Sequence record: NZ_CP069608.1
Strand: one strand, 5' to 3'
DNA: 64,000 nucleotides
Source: a plasmid
Below the pieces are notes generated by a model. That model was not told the origin of the DNA and searched no databases. It was given only the letters and a program-made list of their open reading frames with translations. Position numbers and translations under genes: made by a program. The first letter of the stretch is position 1; each line of letters begins with the position of its first letter. Positions 26,048 to 35,517 of the stretch are shown here, in pieces.

Positions 26048-28782
26048 ATAGGTAAGAGTTTGATGTAATCTCCGTCTTTTCCCCCGGTTAACACTGTACG
26101 TGCGACTTTCACCGCATACAGCGTCCCATCATTATTTGTTAACATTCACATAAATTAATTTAGCCTCTTTCTCGAAAGAGAAGTTAAGCAGGTTCACTTA
26201 GTAATTCCTTAAGTTTTATAACGGAATTTCCAGCTGTCTTACGAAATTTGTTCAGCTTCTTGAGCGATTGCTGGTTTAGGTTGAGTAAAGCAATATACTT
26301 TAAGATTGTTTCTTCTCTAGTGGCATGAATTAGTTTATGAACATCTTTTGTTACCCAAATGAGATTTTTGTACTCATTGGTTCCTCCTCTTCTAAGGGGG
26401 ATAATATGATGACATTCCATTGAGCCAATTTCTAGAGATTGCTTGGATATACCACATAACCCAGCTTGACCGACATATAACGATATCCTATTGTCATTGT
26501 ATAAAACAGTGCTGTTAGTAATAGGGTTTTTCATTATATATGCGAGAACAGAAAGATTTACCTTCTTGAGATTTTCGTGGACTTTCGCTCTACCTATCAC
26601 GGTATAGTTACAAATATCCTGTGAAAACATCATTGGTTTTGCGAATTTTACATACGAGATAGGTAATACAGGTACATAGTTTTTAGCGTATAGCTTCCCC
26701 TTGTACTCTTTGTAGTACTTATTGTATGTTCCATATCTTTTAACCTTTTGTCTCTTTTGGTGTTCATTAGCTTTGATAATTTGTGTCCAAGATCTTAACC
26801 TGTTGTACATTGCATTCCTGACTGAAAAGGCAATTTTGCTGAAATCTTCGGCAACATTGGTAGCAATTTTATAGTAATTATGCTGACCAATGATGATGGA
26901 GTTCAGTTTGTTAATAGCTGCTACGGTTTTAAGTCTCTGTACATTCTTTATTCCATCCATTAGTGTCTCACGAATGTTCTTTGCCGCCTTGGGACTGATA
27001 TTAGATTCGATAACATATCCCTTTTTGGTTTTGCCTTTCCTTCTGACCTTGAAGGTAAACCCAAGAAAATTTGAGTGTTTTTGTTTAAGATTTATGATTT
27101 GGGATTTTTCAGGATTAGCTTTTAAACCAAGTCTTTCACCAAGCCACTTTACAGTAGCAATTGAGACTTTTTTTGCTGTGTGGTGATTTGGACAAAAGAT
27201 TTTCAGGTCGTCTGCAAACCTAACAATGTAACATTCTTTAAGATTCGTCTGGTCTTTCAATGCTTTAAACCTGTTAGATCCGAGAGTGCCTTTATAGGTA
27301 TGTTTCGTAGGGAAGTTCTCCCATTGTGAACTAATCCACCAATCTAATTCATTAAGGACTATATTAGACAGCAAAGGAGACAAAATTCCACCTTGCGGTG
27401 TACCTTTATTAGGGACTCCTTCACCTTCGATTTCAGCTTTAATGAGCTTTGAAATGATGCGGATCAGATTTTTATCCCTAATGCCCATTGTCCAGATTTG
27501 TTTTAACAGTTTAGAGTGGTTAACATTGTCAAAAAATCCTTCAATGTCTATATCTACTACGTGATGGAGTCCTTGCATATTCACAAGGAAATGTACTTTT
27601 GCCATAGCATGATGCTGATTTCGGTTCGGTCTGAATCCATAACTATATGGGTAAAATTTGGCCTCACATATAGGTTCCATTACTTGAAGAATGCATTGTT
27701 GTAAAAGTCTATCTTCAATTGATGGAATTCCCAAGGGCCTTTTCTTCCCACTTCTGTCGTTTTTGGGAATCAATTTCCTTCTCACCATATGTGGCGTAAA
27801 GTTTTCAATTCGATTTTGGACGTATTTTATCAGTTCCGATTCCGTAAACTTTTCCAAATCCGTTATAGTATGTCCATTCACACCTGGGGTTTTAGAGCCT
27901 TTTCTCGATTTAATGTTTCGAAATGCAAGCTTTATGTTTTCTTCAGCAGTAATAATTGGAACTAGATTTTTAAATACTCTGTCCCTCTTACTTCCCGCGT
28001 ACAAATTATCGTAGGTTTGTTGCATATCATAATACTCATTGAACCTAAGTTTCTTTCGCTTATTCTTTTTGATAGAGTTCACTGGTCGGTTAATCTTCCT
28101 TCCTTTGGAATTTCGCCTCTTTTAGTCATACTCGAACCCAGCAAATAAATTAATTTTTAATAGTTAACAAATAATGACTAGTGGCTATCCCTCCACGTTT
28201 ATTAGACGTTTCATTGGTACCGTGCCACCACCTTCACCAGTGCTAAACAAGTTATATTTAACAAGGTTAAACTTTCCTTGTACTGTTTCACAACGGATAA
28301 TCGCTCCACATCACTGGCTTACCCAGTTCCCATAGTTCTATCCTTACATATTTCCTTAGGTGCTTTCTATAAGCCTACAAGCTCCAATAACTCCAATTAA
28401 GTTATAGGGATTTTCATATCTTAGAATCTTACTTACCCCCGGCTTGCCCCATCATCGATGGTAAATGCATTTCTACATTTTTCTCTTTTAGACCCGTACA
28501 TTCGAAAGTTCGTCAGTTCTTAAGAACATTCTCACCATAGAAATTTTATGGACTCCCGATCTATCATCTACACTATCTGCCTCCAGATAGCTTTCCTCAA
28601 CCAAATGTTAGGGTAGACTTCAACCGACTTCACCGAGCTTCGAACAATTTCCCAATTATCTGAGAAACTGCACGTCGGAATATTAGAGGGACCCTTCTGG
28701 ACGTTACTCCATCATTTGATCTCTCGAACTAAGAGTTTCCCTAATTAGGGAGCCAACCTTTTCAGTTAGCAACTGGTCGCAC
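26048..28782 (-). mobile_element. Group II intron (ORF-containing, distinct lineage) interrupting the 171-aa gene.
   Basis: 5-prime GTGCGACCAGTTGC at 28782. Domain V GACGCTGTATGCGGTGAAAGTCGCACGTACAGTGTT. Ends ...CTTACCTAT at 26048. Confidence 0.75.
26184..28082 (-). CDS. Group II intron-encoded reverse transcriptase/maturase with HNH endonuclease (second lineage).
   Basis: RT motifs including FADD, and C-terminal CHHIIPLRRGGTNEYKNLIWVTKDVHKLIH. Confidence 0.9.
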   Translation of the reverse strand: MNSIKKNKRKKLRFNEYYDMQQTYDNLYAGSKRDRVFKNLVPIITAEENIKLAFRNIKSRKGSKTPGVNGHTITDLEKFTESELIKYVQNRIENFTPHMVRRKLIPKNDRSGKKRPLGIPSIEDRLLQQCILQVMEPICEAKFYPYSYGFRPNRNQHHAMAKVHFLVNMQGLHHVVDIDIEGFFDNVNHSKLLKQIWTMGIRDKNLIRIISKLIKAEIEGEGVPNKGTPQGGILSPLLSNIVLNELDWWISSQWENFPTKHTYKGTLGSNRFKALKDQTNLKECYIVRFADDLKIFCPNHHTAKKVSIATVKWLGERLGLKANPEKSQIINLKQKHSNFLGFTFKVRRKGKTKKGYVIESNISPKAAKNIRETLMDGIKNVQRLKTVAAINKLNSIIIGQHNYYKIATNVAEDFSKIAFSVRNAMYNRLRSWTQIIKANEHQKRQKVKRYGTYNKYYKEYKGKLYAKNYVPVLPISYVKFAKPMMFSQDICNYTVIGRAKVHENLKKVNLSVLAYIMKNPITNSTVLYNDNRISLYVGQAGLCGISKQSLEIGSMECHHIIPLRRGGTNEYKNLIWVTKDVHKLIHATREETILKYIALLNLNQQSLKKLNKFRKTAGNSVIKLKELLSEPA

Positions 28783-28864
28783 CTAAAAAGAGATCCTCAT
28801 GTCCATATTCGACACCCACCACAAAAGAGTGTCGCTGATTCTTTGTTGTGCTCTGATTGAACAT
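28783..28864 (-). CDS. Exon 1 of the 171-aa conjugation-operon gene.
   Basis: ATG at 28862-28864. MFNQSTTKNQRHSFVVGVEYGHEDLFL then a split codon completed in exon 2. Confidence 0.45.
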
Positions 28865-28896
28865 TCTTTTCATCCTTTCTTTAAACTGGAATTAAT

Positions 28897-29013
28897 TCAC
28901 CCTCCAAATGATAAAGGAGTTGCAACTCCTCGTACGATGTCTGGATGCTTGATGGCTATATATATAATCACTCCCAATAAAAAAGATACCGTGAAGCCCA
29001 TGTATTTTCTCAT
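28897..29013 (-). CDS. Putative 38-aa membrane peptide.
   Basis: Strong AGAGGAGG ribosome-binding site. MRKYMGFTVSFLLGVIIYIAIKH... is a single TM. Absent from the ORF track because it is under 60 aa. Confidence 0.25.
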   Translation of the reverse strand: MRKYMGFTVSFLLGVIIYIAIKHPDIVRGVATPLSFGG

Positions 29014-29034
29014 CCTAGCTGCCTCCTCTTTTCC

Positions 29035-30150
29035 TTATATATTTTTCATGGTATCTTCTTGTTTCTTTTGTTGGTCGGCTAGAGATTTAATTTTCTCCTC
29101 GTCTTTTTGATCTTTCTTACCTTCGTCCTCCATCTGCTTTTTCGTTGATTCTAATTCTTTTTTGGCTTTTTCATACACAACAATCTTTTGATTCAAGTCT
29201 TGATTCTGAATGTGAGCTGCTTCTTCTTTTGCCTCCTTCACTTTATCGAGCTTCAAATACCCGTAAGCCTTCATTTCATACCTTTTATCGGTCATTTCCA
29301 CTCCCGGTTGCTTCACCATCTCTTCCCACCGTTGTTCTTGATAAGCCAAATCAAATGCACCATTAGGGGTAGGAAACAATTGCTGAAATGCTTTTAAAGC
29401 GTCTATATCTTCTTTTTGAGCAATCATATTTTCTACAGTTTGTGGATGATGGTCTTGAAGCTTTACAGCTTCCTTATAATTTTTTTGACTAATAAGAAGG
29501 CTCGTATAGACGTTTTTTTGTTCTTTCGTTAGGTTTTTCTTTGGAATAGTTGAAAGCTTTTTTAAAGCCCCTTTCTGCTCTCCTAAAAGAGCATCCTCAT
29601 AAACACTAGTTATTTGTTGCTCGAATTTGACTTGTTTTTGTAAATCTTGGATAGTTTCAGCTCGATTGTGAGAAGTAGCCACTGTTGAAAAACATGTAGC
29701 TGAAAGGATGAGAAGGGCAAGAACTCCTCCTCCATACATCCATTTTCGATGATGATTAGATGATGAAACGTTCGTCAGGAGATGTTCTCTGGAAGTAGAA
29801 AGACCACCTGAATGCCTCAGATGGTCCGGTACCTGTTCGTTCAGTCGTTTCAGAAAAATTCGCTTTCGCGCTTCTTGTTGATCGTTCATTTTTACACCTA
29901 TTAATGTCTTACAGATATGATCCACCACATGAGAAGCAGCACCTGATCCAAAAGATAAGGCTCCACGGTAAAACTCTACGCCATCGTTGTCAAGGACAAC
30001 AAAATCAACCTTAGCTTTTTTCTGTTGCTCTTGGTACTCTTTTTCAATCTGTGATGTGACTTCGCATGCTTCTCCAACCGGCATCTTATGAAATGCCTTC
30101 AATTGGTCAATTTGGTTTTGCATAAATAGGACAGATAGCATGTTTTCCAT
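29035..30150 (-). CDS. Conjugation-associated bitopic membrane protein with an extracellular coiled-coil domain.
   Basis: A TM at about residue 130 (WMYGGGVLALLILSATCFS) followed by a Lys/Glu-rich region. Position in the operon. Confidence 0.4.
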   Translation of the reverse strand: MENMLSVLFMQNQIDQLKAFHKMPVGEACEVTSQIEKEYQEQQKKAKVDFVVLDNDGVEFYRGALSFGSGAASHVVDHICKTLIGVKMNDQQEARKRIFLKRLNEQVPDHLRHSGGLSTSREHLLTNVSSSNHHRKWMYGGGVLALLILSATCFSTVATSHNRAETIQDLQKQVKFEQQITSVYEDALLGEQKGALKKLSTIPKKNLTKEQKNVYTSLLISQKNYKEAVKLQDHHPQTVENMIAQKEDIDALKAFQQLFPTPNGAFDLAYQEQRWEEMVKQPGVEMTDKRYEMKAYGYLKLDKVKEAKEEAAHIQNQDLNQKIVVYEKAKKELESTKKQMEDEGKKDQKDEEKIKSLADQQKKQEDTMKNI

Positions 30151-30165
30151 TCCTTCCTTCTAAAA

Positions 30166-30200
30166 ATGGGCATAGAAAAAAGCTATACAACCCTCGTGTA
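30166..30200 (-). terminator. Intra-operon stem-loop with flanking A/T runs (attenuator or partial terminator).
   Basis: AAAAAGCTATACAACCCTCGTGTATAGCTTTT between two operon genes. Confidence 0.35.
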
Positions 30201-30209
30201 TAGCTTTTC

Positions 30210-30437
30210 TTAACCACCGAAATGAACATTTGTGTTAACCCCTTCGGCTAACTGATACGCTCCCATGACAACAATCAAACCAATTGCTCCTCCTACAAAC
30301 CACGCGATACATTTATGACGACCTCGTTCACCTCCCAAAATTAAATGGTAGCCTCCTACACAAAACGCAAGTGCTGCGGCTACCATGGCGATTCGTTGCA
30401 TCCATTTGATAATCGATTTTCCACTTTCAATTAGCCC
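30210..30437 (-). CDS. Small two-TM conjugation membrane protein, exon 2 (spliced product 101 aa).
   Basis: Spliced product MLDLLNSVDVTQLTSHLTLGAADGMT|GLIESGKSIIKWMQRIAMVAAALAFCVGGYHLIL.... Confidence 0.55.
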   Translation of the reverse strand, partial: GLIESGKSIIKWMQRIAMVAAALAFCVGGYHLILGGERGRHKCIAWFVGGAIGLIVVMGAYQLAEGVNTNVHFGG

Positions 30438-32957
30438 ATAGGGTAGACACCCAACGCCTTTCCATATTATTATGGTAGGTTTTCAAATGTCCCCCTCCAA
30501 ACCGTACGTACACCTCTCAGCGTATACGGCTTTCCACTTACTCCTAATCTAATCTCCCACTGTGAAGTTTTTTATGACAGGGAATACACATAGCCAGCGT
30601 TTTTCGTTTTCTAGCTATCATGTGTTTTTCCCATTTAGCTTTACCCTTCAGGTTTTTTAATTTCCTAACGTGGTGCATTTCTAAAGGAACGTTTTCTGTC
30701 CCACACCACTCACATTTTTTTGCTCGGAGTCTATCTGCTAGACTTGTACTAGCTCCAAATATTTTCACTGACTCTTCAATGTTATCCACTTTATAGTGTG
30801 TATTAGGTCTATCTTGCTTCCTGAAGCTTTTTTCGTGGAACAACATTACCTTTTCGCCTTTTTTAGTTTTATATTTAACGCCAATTTTGCCTTCAAATGA
30901 ATATTTTTTGAATGCTTTTTGTTTAGAGGTTCTATATTTACCAGCTAGTGTTTTGAGAAAACTTTGCTCCATAATCCAGTGAAATTTATTTAAAACACTT
31001 ACATTTTTAGCTAGTTTATAATAATTGTACAATCCTCTGATTTCAGCGTTAAATATAGATATAATCTCTAGGTCATCAAGATTTCTCATATTCGACCTAC
31101 TCTTACCCTGCCATTCGCCATTCATTGTTTTTAAATTTAGTGCTCCCAAGTTTTTGAGCTTATTAACCCACACTTCTTGTGGTACATAAAGAACTATATG
31201 ACCTTTCTTAAACGTTCTATAGCCGGTTTTGACATAAATCGTCTTTGCATTTTTTTCAGTCGCAATGTTGTAACCGAGAAATGTAGCGAATTTGTCATGG
31301 TGAGTAATAAGAGTTTTTTCTTGGGATAGCTCAAGTTTTAGCTTTTCTTTTAGAAAGTTTGTAATATCTGCTTTAATATTTTCAGCCTCTTCTTTACTGC
31401 CAATTACGCTAATAATGAAGTCATCTGCATACCTGACATATTGGATTCTTCTGAAGGTTTTATCCATTGGGTCCGTTGCCTTAAGTTTATCCATCATATC
31501 TCTATCTTCTTTAATATCGTAAAGTCTCTTGGTTATTTCCTCTTTATTCATCTTATGTCTATTATTCTCCAGGTCTCTTACTTTGGCTGACTTCACACGT
31601 GTTAGGTCAGAATATTCAGGGTTGGCTTTTCTTTTCTTACCTCTGTCAAACTTAGATTTGTATTCTTCCATGTACTTATCAAGTTCGTTAAGGTATATAT
31701 TGGAGAGAATAGGACTGATGATTCCACCTTGCGGTGCACCACTATAGGTTTTATGGAATTTCCAATCTTCCAGATATCCTGCCTTTAGGAATTTATAAAT
31801 TAATCCAATAAATTTTTCATCATCGATATGCTTTCGTAAGATATTAATGAGAATATGATGGTCAATGTTGTCAAAGAACCCTTTTATATCTCCTTCAATA
31901 AACCATTTGGCTGAACTGAATTTATTTTTAATTTGTATTAAAGCAGTGTGGCAACTTTTCCCCCTTCTAAAGCCGTGTGATCTATCAGAGAATTTACTCT
32001 CATAAATTGCTTCAAGCATTGACTTTACAATTGCTTGCACAAGTTTATCCTCCATAGAAGGTATACCTAATGGGCGTTTACCACCTTTAGCTTTCGGTCT
32101 ATAGACTCTTTTAACTGGCATTGGCTTATAAGTGTGATTTTTAAGGCTTTCAATCAGTGAATTTATTTTTTCCAAGCTCATTCCATCGATTGTTTTACCG
32201 TCAACTCCACTAGTCATATTACCTTCGTTAGGATGCATTTTATTATATACATCAAGGTAAAAATCTATATTGTACAAGTTACGATATAATCTTTGGAATT
32301 TATAGTTAGGATTTCCTGCGTGTTTGATTAGATTGTCTAATACTATCGCTGGACTTCTCATAGTGTCTCTCACACCTTTCCGCAATTTGTATTAGTACCA
32401 AGTAAGCTGCTCCCCTTCGCCATGTAGTAGGCTTTCCCTACCTCGGACTACTACGGGAACTCTGTTGCCATATCGAATTTTCATGAGCCACATACCTCGC
32501 TTTTTACACTTGGTATCATCCTCAATAGCCTAATATATAGGCGCTTCAACTTAGGCAATCCCCATTTAGTACAATTAAGTATGGCTTGATATAGTGTCGG
32601 ATGTGACTTTCAGCCTTTACTTCCTTATTGGTATGAGTAGATAGGATTCACTGATAAAACACATGACCGGCTTATTTTATCCACTATCTAAGTGACGTTT
32701 CAATCATCTTTCGTCACTGGAGACGCTATTCCCTCTCGGCTTATCATTCAAGCAGTATAGCTTTCATCCTCGTCTATATCCTTTTGTCTTGCCTTTCGTC
32801 TTCACTTTTGATGATTAAGTGGATTAAGGCTTTATCACCATGCTGCGGTCCCCAACCTTGTTTCCAAGATTAAGTAAGGTGTTGACAACAAGCTTATTGT
32901 GAATTTCAGCTTGCAACTTTGCCAGAGTTGAATACTTAATTGCCCTTATGGGCGCAC
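30438..32957 (-). mobile_element. Group II intron (ORF-containing), paralogue of the 21391-23920 intron.
   Basis: 5-prime GTGCGCCCATAAGGGC at 32957. Domain V GAAAGCCGTATACGCTGAGAGGTGTACGTACGGTTTGG. Ends ...CTACCCTAT at 30438. Confidence 0.8.
30544..32385 (-). CDS. Group II intron reverse transcriptase/maturase/HNH protein.
   Basis: Close paralogue of ORF 21495-23330, with the same motif order, YADD, and CEWCGTENVPLEMHHVRKLKNLKGK. Confidence 0.9.
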   Translation of the reverse strand: MRKGVRDTMRSPAIVLDNLIKHAGNPNYKFQRLYRNLYNIDFYLDVYNKMHPNEGNMTSGVDGKTIDGMSLEKINSLIESLKNHTYKPMPVKRVYRPKAKGGKRPLGIPSMEDKLVQAIVKSMLEAIYESKFSDRSHGFRRGKSCHTALIQIKNKFSSAKWFIEGDIKGFFDNIDHHILINILRKHIDDEKFIGLIYKFLKAGYLEDWKFHKTYSGAPQGGIISPILSNIYLNELDKYMEEYKSKFDRGKKRKANPEYSDLTRVKSAKVRDLENNRHKMNKEEITKRLYDIKEDRDMMDKLKATDPMDKTFRRIQYVRYADDFIISVIGSKEEAENIKADITNFLKEKLKLELSQEKTLITHHDKFATFLGYNIATEKNAKTIYVKTGYRTFKKGHIVLYVPQEVWVNKLKNLGALNLKTMNGEWQGKSRSNMRNLDDLEIISIFNAEIRGLYNYYKLAKNVSVLNKFHWIMEQSFLKTLAGKYRTSKQKAFKKYSFEGKIGVKYKTKKGEKVMLFHEKSFRKQDRPNTHYKVDNIEESVKIFGASTSLADRLRAKKCEWCGTENVPLEMHHVRKLKNLKGKAKWEKHMIARKRKTLAMCIPCHKKLHSGRLD

Positions 32958-33035
32958 TGTCATCCCATCTGCGGCTCCCAGTGTTAAATGAGAGGTTAAC
33001 TGTGTCACATCTACGCTATTCAATAAATCTAACAT
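32958..33035 (-). CDS. Exon 1 of the small two-TM conjugation membrane protein.
   Basis: GAGGAGTG ribosome-binding site then ATG at 33033-33035. 26 codons end exactly at the intron GTGCG. Confidence 0.55.
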
Positions 33036-33056
33036 GTCTTTCACTCCTCTTATTTG

Positions 33057-33305
33057 TTAATTTTGCATTGCTGGAATACTTGTTGGCTTTACAGAAACTT
33101 GTTCATTTTCCTTTGGTTCGCTTTTCTCCTCCTCTTCTCCTTGGCCTGTAAAAGCACTCAATGCTTGAAGAATTAAATCTTGATTTTCTTCAATGAACTG
33201 TTGATGCTGTTGGTGAAGCCAATCGTTGTATTTTTGGTCATTAACTTTCAACAACTTCTCGACCAGATCCTTTGACTTCTTTACATCTTTTTGCGAAACG
33301 GTCAT
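33057..33305 (-). CDS. Hypothetical small protein (start taken at the internal Met, MTVSQKD).
   Basis: GGAAGGTGGTGA ribosome-binding site before ATG 33303-33305. Acidic C-terminus. Confidence 0.35.
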   Translation of the reverse strand: MTVSQKDVKKSKDLVEKLLKVNDQKYNDWLHQQHQQFIEENQDLILQALSAFTGQGEEEEKSEPKENEQVSVKPTSIPAMQN

Positions 33306-33333
33306 CTTATCACCACCTTCCAAGGGAAAACAT

Positions 33334-33801
33334 TTATTCTTCAAAGTACAGTTCTTTTGATGTTCCAATGAAATGAGATAATTCACCCTCTAATTCAGAT
33401 GGATCATATTCATCAAGCTTAATCTGTTGTTTCAATTCTCCATTCTTATAAGCAGCTAATGTGTCAGTATCCTGTTGTAAACCATAATAAGTTTGGCTCT
33501 TTTTTTGATTGTAAAGAGGATCATAACTGTAAATCTCTTTAGCATCTACATCATTTTCCTTTAACGCCTTTTGCACTTCATTCATGTAAACTACACGTTT
33601 TTCCTCATCGAACGAACACATCACAAATCCCGTACCATCTTCTTTCATGAACTTTTTCATTTCAAGAGGTTTTAATTCTTCTAGCTGACCATTTCCTTGT
33701 ACTGGACTTGAATTCTGAGAAGAGATTGCTGCCGTTCCAATTCCTAATGCAACGACAATCCCTGCGGCTGCCGCCATGATTTTTTGTTTACGATTCATCA
33801 T
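33334..33801 (-). CDS. Secreted/membrane-anchored protein, first sizeable gene of the transfer operon.
   Basis: N-terminal signal/TM segment IMAAAAGIVVALGIGTAAI. Confidence 0.45.
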   Translation of the reverse strand: MMNRKQKIMAAAAGIVVALGIGTAAISSQNSSPVQGNGQLEELKPLEMKKFMKEDGTGFVMCSFDEEKRVVYMNEVQKALKENDVDAKEIYSYDPLYNQKKSQTYYGLQQDTDTLAAYKNGELKQQIKLDEYDPSELEGELSHFIGTSKELYFEE

Positions 33802-34286
33802 TCATTCTCCTTTATTCTTAATATTCAGACATAACAAGCGATTCTGAAACCTACCGAGAGGTATTCATAGTTTATCATACATGTTGGCATCTACTCTGTC
33901 TTTTCAAGTACTAAAAGGAAATATATACCCATTTCTGGCTGGAAGGGCAAACCCTATATTGGCATGCATAGTTTTCACTAAGCCCAATAATGCACAACGT
34001 TTTCGGCATGTACGAAGAACCTCGTGTATCTACTGCTTGGAGTGTCGTCGCTTCGTCGGAATTACCCTCACGCCATCACTCTTCACAGATCGTGGATACA
34101 CCGTCACTGTTTTGTTGCTAGATCACCAATGAGTTTTAGGACGCACTCATCGAACCTTTCTTTTTAACCGTATACCTTGACCCCCTTGTGATCCGTTTAG
34201 GGGAGGCACGCAATATGAAGTTGTCTAGGTTCCATTCCTCGTGCTCTCGGCACGTTTCAAAATCGCTTGTCTGTTTGGTTTAAGAA

Positions 34287-34541
34287 TTAAGAACTTTTTT
34301 GAATCACTTCTGTTAATTCTTCTTCTCTTTTTCTTCGCTTGGCGACGATGGTATGAGACTGATCCATCACTGAGCGTACGTCATAATAGATATCAGCTAC
34401 ACTCTTAATGTCGCCCGTTCCATTGTCAACAGCTATACCACCTTTTAAGCTGTATGTTCTTCCATCAAAGGTTTTGGCACTTTTCGCCCGTGCGTCTGAT
34501 ATATCATAGAATGCTAGTCGCTTTTGTGCTTCCATGTTCAT
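34287..34541 (-). CDS. Hypothetical small protein downstream of the Cro-like regulator.
   Basis: 84-aa ORF with no recognisable motif. Confidence 0.35.
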   Translation of the reverse strand: MNMEAQKRLAFYDISDARAKSAKTFDGRTYSLKGGIAVDNGTGDIKSVADIYYDVRSVMDQSHTIVAKRRKREEELTEVIQKSS

Positions 34542-34574
34542 CTCGCCCCTTTTAACCGTTAAGTATTATTAAAA

Positions 34575-34790
34575 TCACTTCATATCCTTATGATTCGGTA
34601 AGAAAATATCTTCTAATCTAAGATCCAATGCCTCTGCAATCTTCTTCATATTTTCAAACGTTGGATATTGACGAGTCCCATTTTCGATTTGAGAAATAGT
34701 AGGTTGCGGGACTCCCGACAGTTGAGCTAGATAGGTTTGACTCCACTTTTTCTCCAACCTCTTTTCTTTTATGGTCTTTATTTCCAGCAC
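34575..34790 (-). CDS. XRE-family HTH regulator (Cro-like) heading the transfer operon.
   Basis: KRLEKKWSQTYLAQLSGVPQPTISQIENGTR is a canonical XRE helix-turn-helix. Confidence 0.7.
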   Translation of the reverse strand: MLEIKTIKEKRLEKKWSQTYLAQLSGVPQPTISQIENGTRQYPTFENMKKIAEALDLRLEDIFLPNHKDMK

Positions 34791-34934
34791 CTCCTTGATT
34801 ACATTATATTCGTTATCGACTAAGTTGTAAACATTTTTTATTGAAATAAATTTAAATTTTTACGGTTAATTTCACAATAACTATTTATTTTGATAAAATT
34901 AATAAATAAATCTAAGGAAAGTAGATAGATAATT
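34791..34934. promoter_or_regulatory. AT-rich divergent promoter/operator region between the two XRE genes.
   Basis: 144 bp of about 80% A+T between divergent HTH genes. Confidence 0.4.
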
Positions 34935-35345
34935 ATGGATGAGCTAAAAAAATATATTGGTACAAAAATCAAAGAGTATCGTAAAAGCCTAGGTATGACC
35001 ACCATTGAATTAGGCAAGTTATCTAACACTTCTCAGACTACTATTAGTGCTATTGAACGCGGAACGAGATTTGGCACATTTGAATCAATGCTAAAGATCT
35101 GTGAAGTATTAGGCATTACCCTTTACGACATATTACCTTCTGAGCAAAGTGAAAATTTAAATGTTCCTCAGATTCATAATGAACGCATCGCACTTATATT
35201 AGATAGGTTATCTTCTGAAGATATTGAAGTAACAGAAACTCTTGTTATAAACGATATGTCGCTCTTAAGAACACTGAATAAATTAACCCCTAATCAGAAA
35301 AGACATTTATCCAATCACCTAAATTCGATAATAAATAATGATTGA
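34935..35345 (+). CDS. XRE-family HTH regulator (CI/ImmR/Rco-like repressor candidate) with a C-terminal extension.
   Basis: YRKSLGMTTIELGKLSNTSQTTISAIERGTR HTH. Divergent from the Cro-like gene. Confidence 0.7.
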   Translation: MDELKKYIGTKIKEYRKSLGMTTIELGKLSNTSQTTISAIERGTRFGTFESMLKICEVLGITLYDILPSEQSENLNVPQIHNERIALILDRLSSEDIEVTETLVINDMSLLRTLNKLTPNQKRHLSNHLNSIINND

Positions 35346-35517
35346 TTATGTAATTTAAATGTTACAGGACTTAATACTTTTAAGGGAGGGTCAAAAAAAT
35401 ACCCCTCCTCAAACAAGCATAAGTGTAGTATAATATTTAACCTTCTTTTATAGATTGTGGTTCTCCAAAACATAAAAAAAGCAAAATGCAATGAAAAATT
35501 AGCTACAAACTAACTTC

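Noticed and set aside
33880-34147. Possible fourth (degenerate) group II intron starting GTGCGTCC on the minus strand.
   Set aside because: No domain V consensus, no IEP and no interrupted exon could be identified. Kept only as an unexplained non-coding region.
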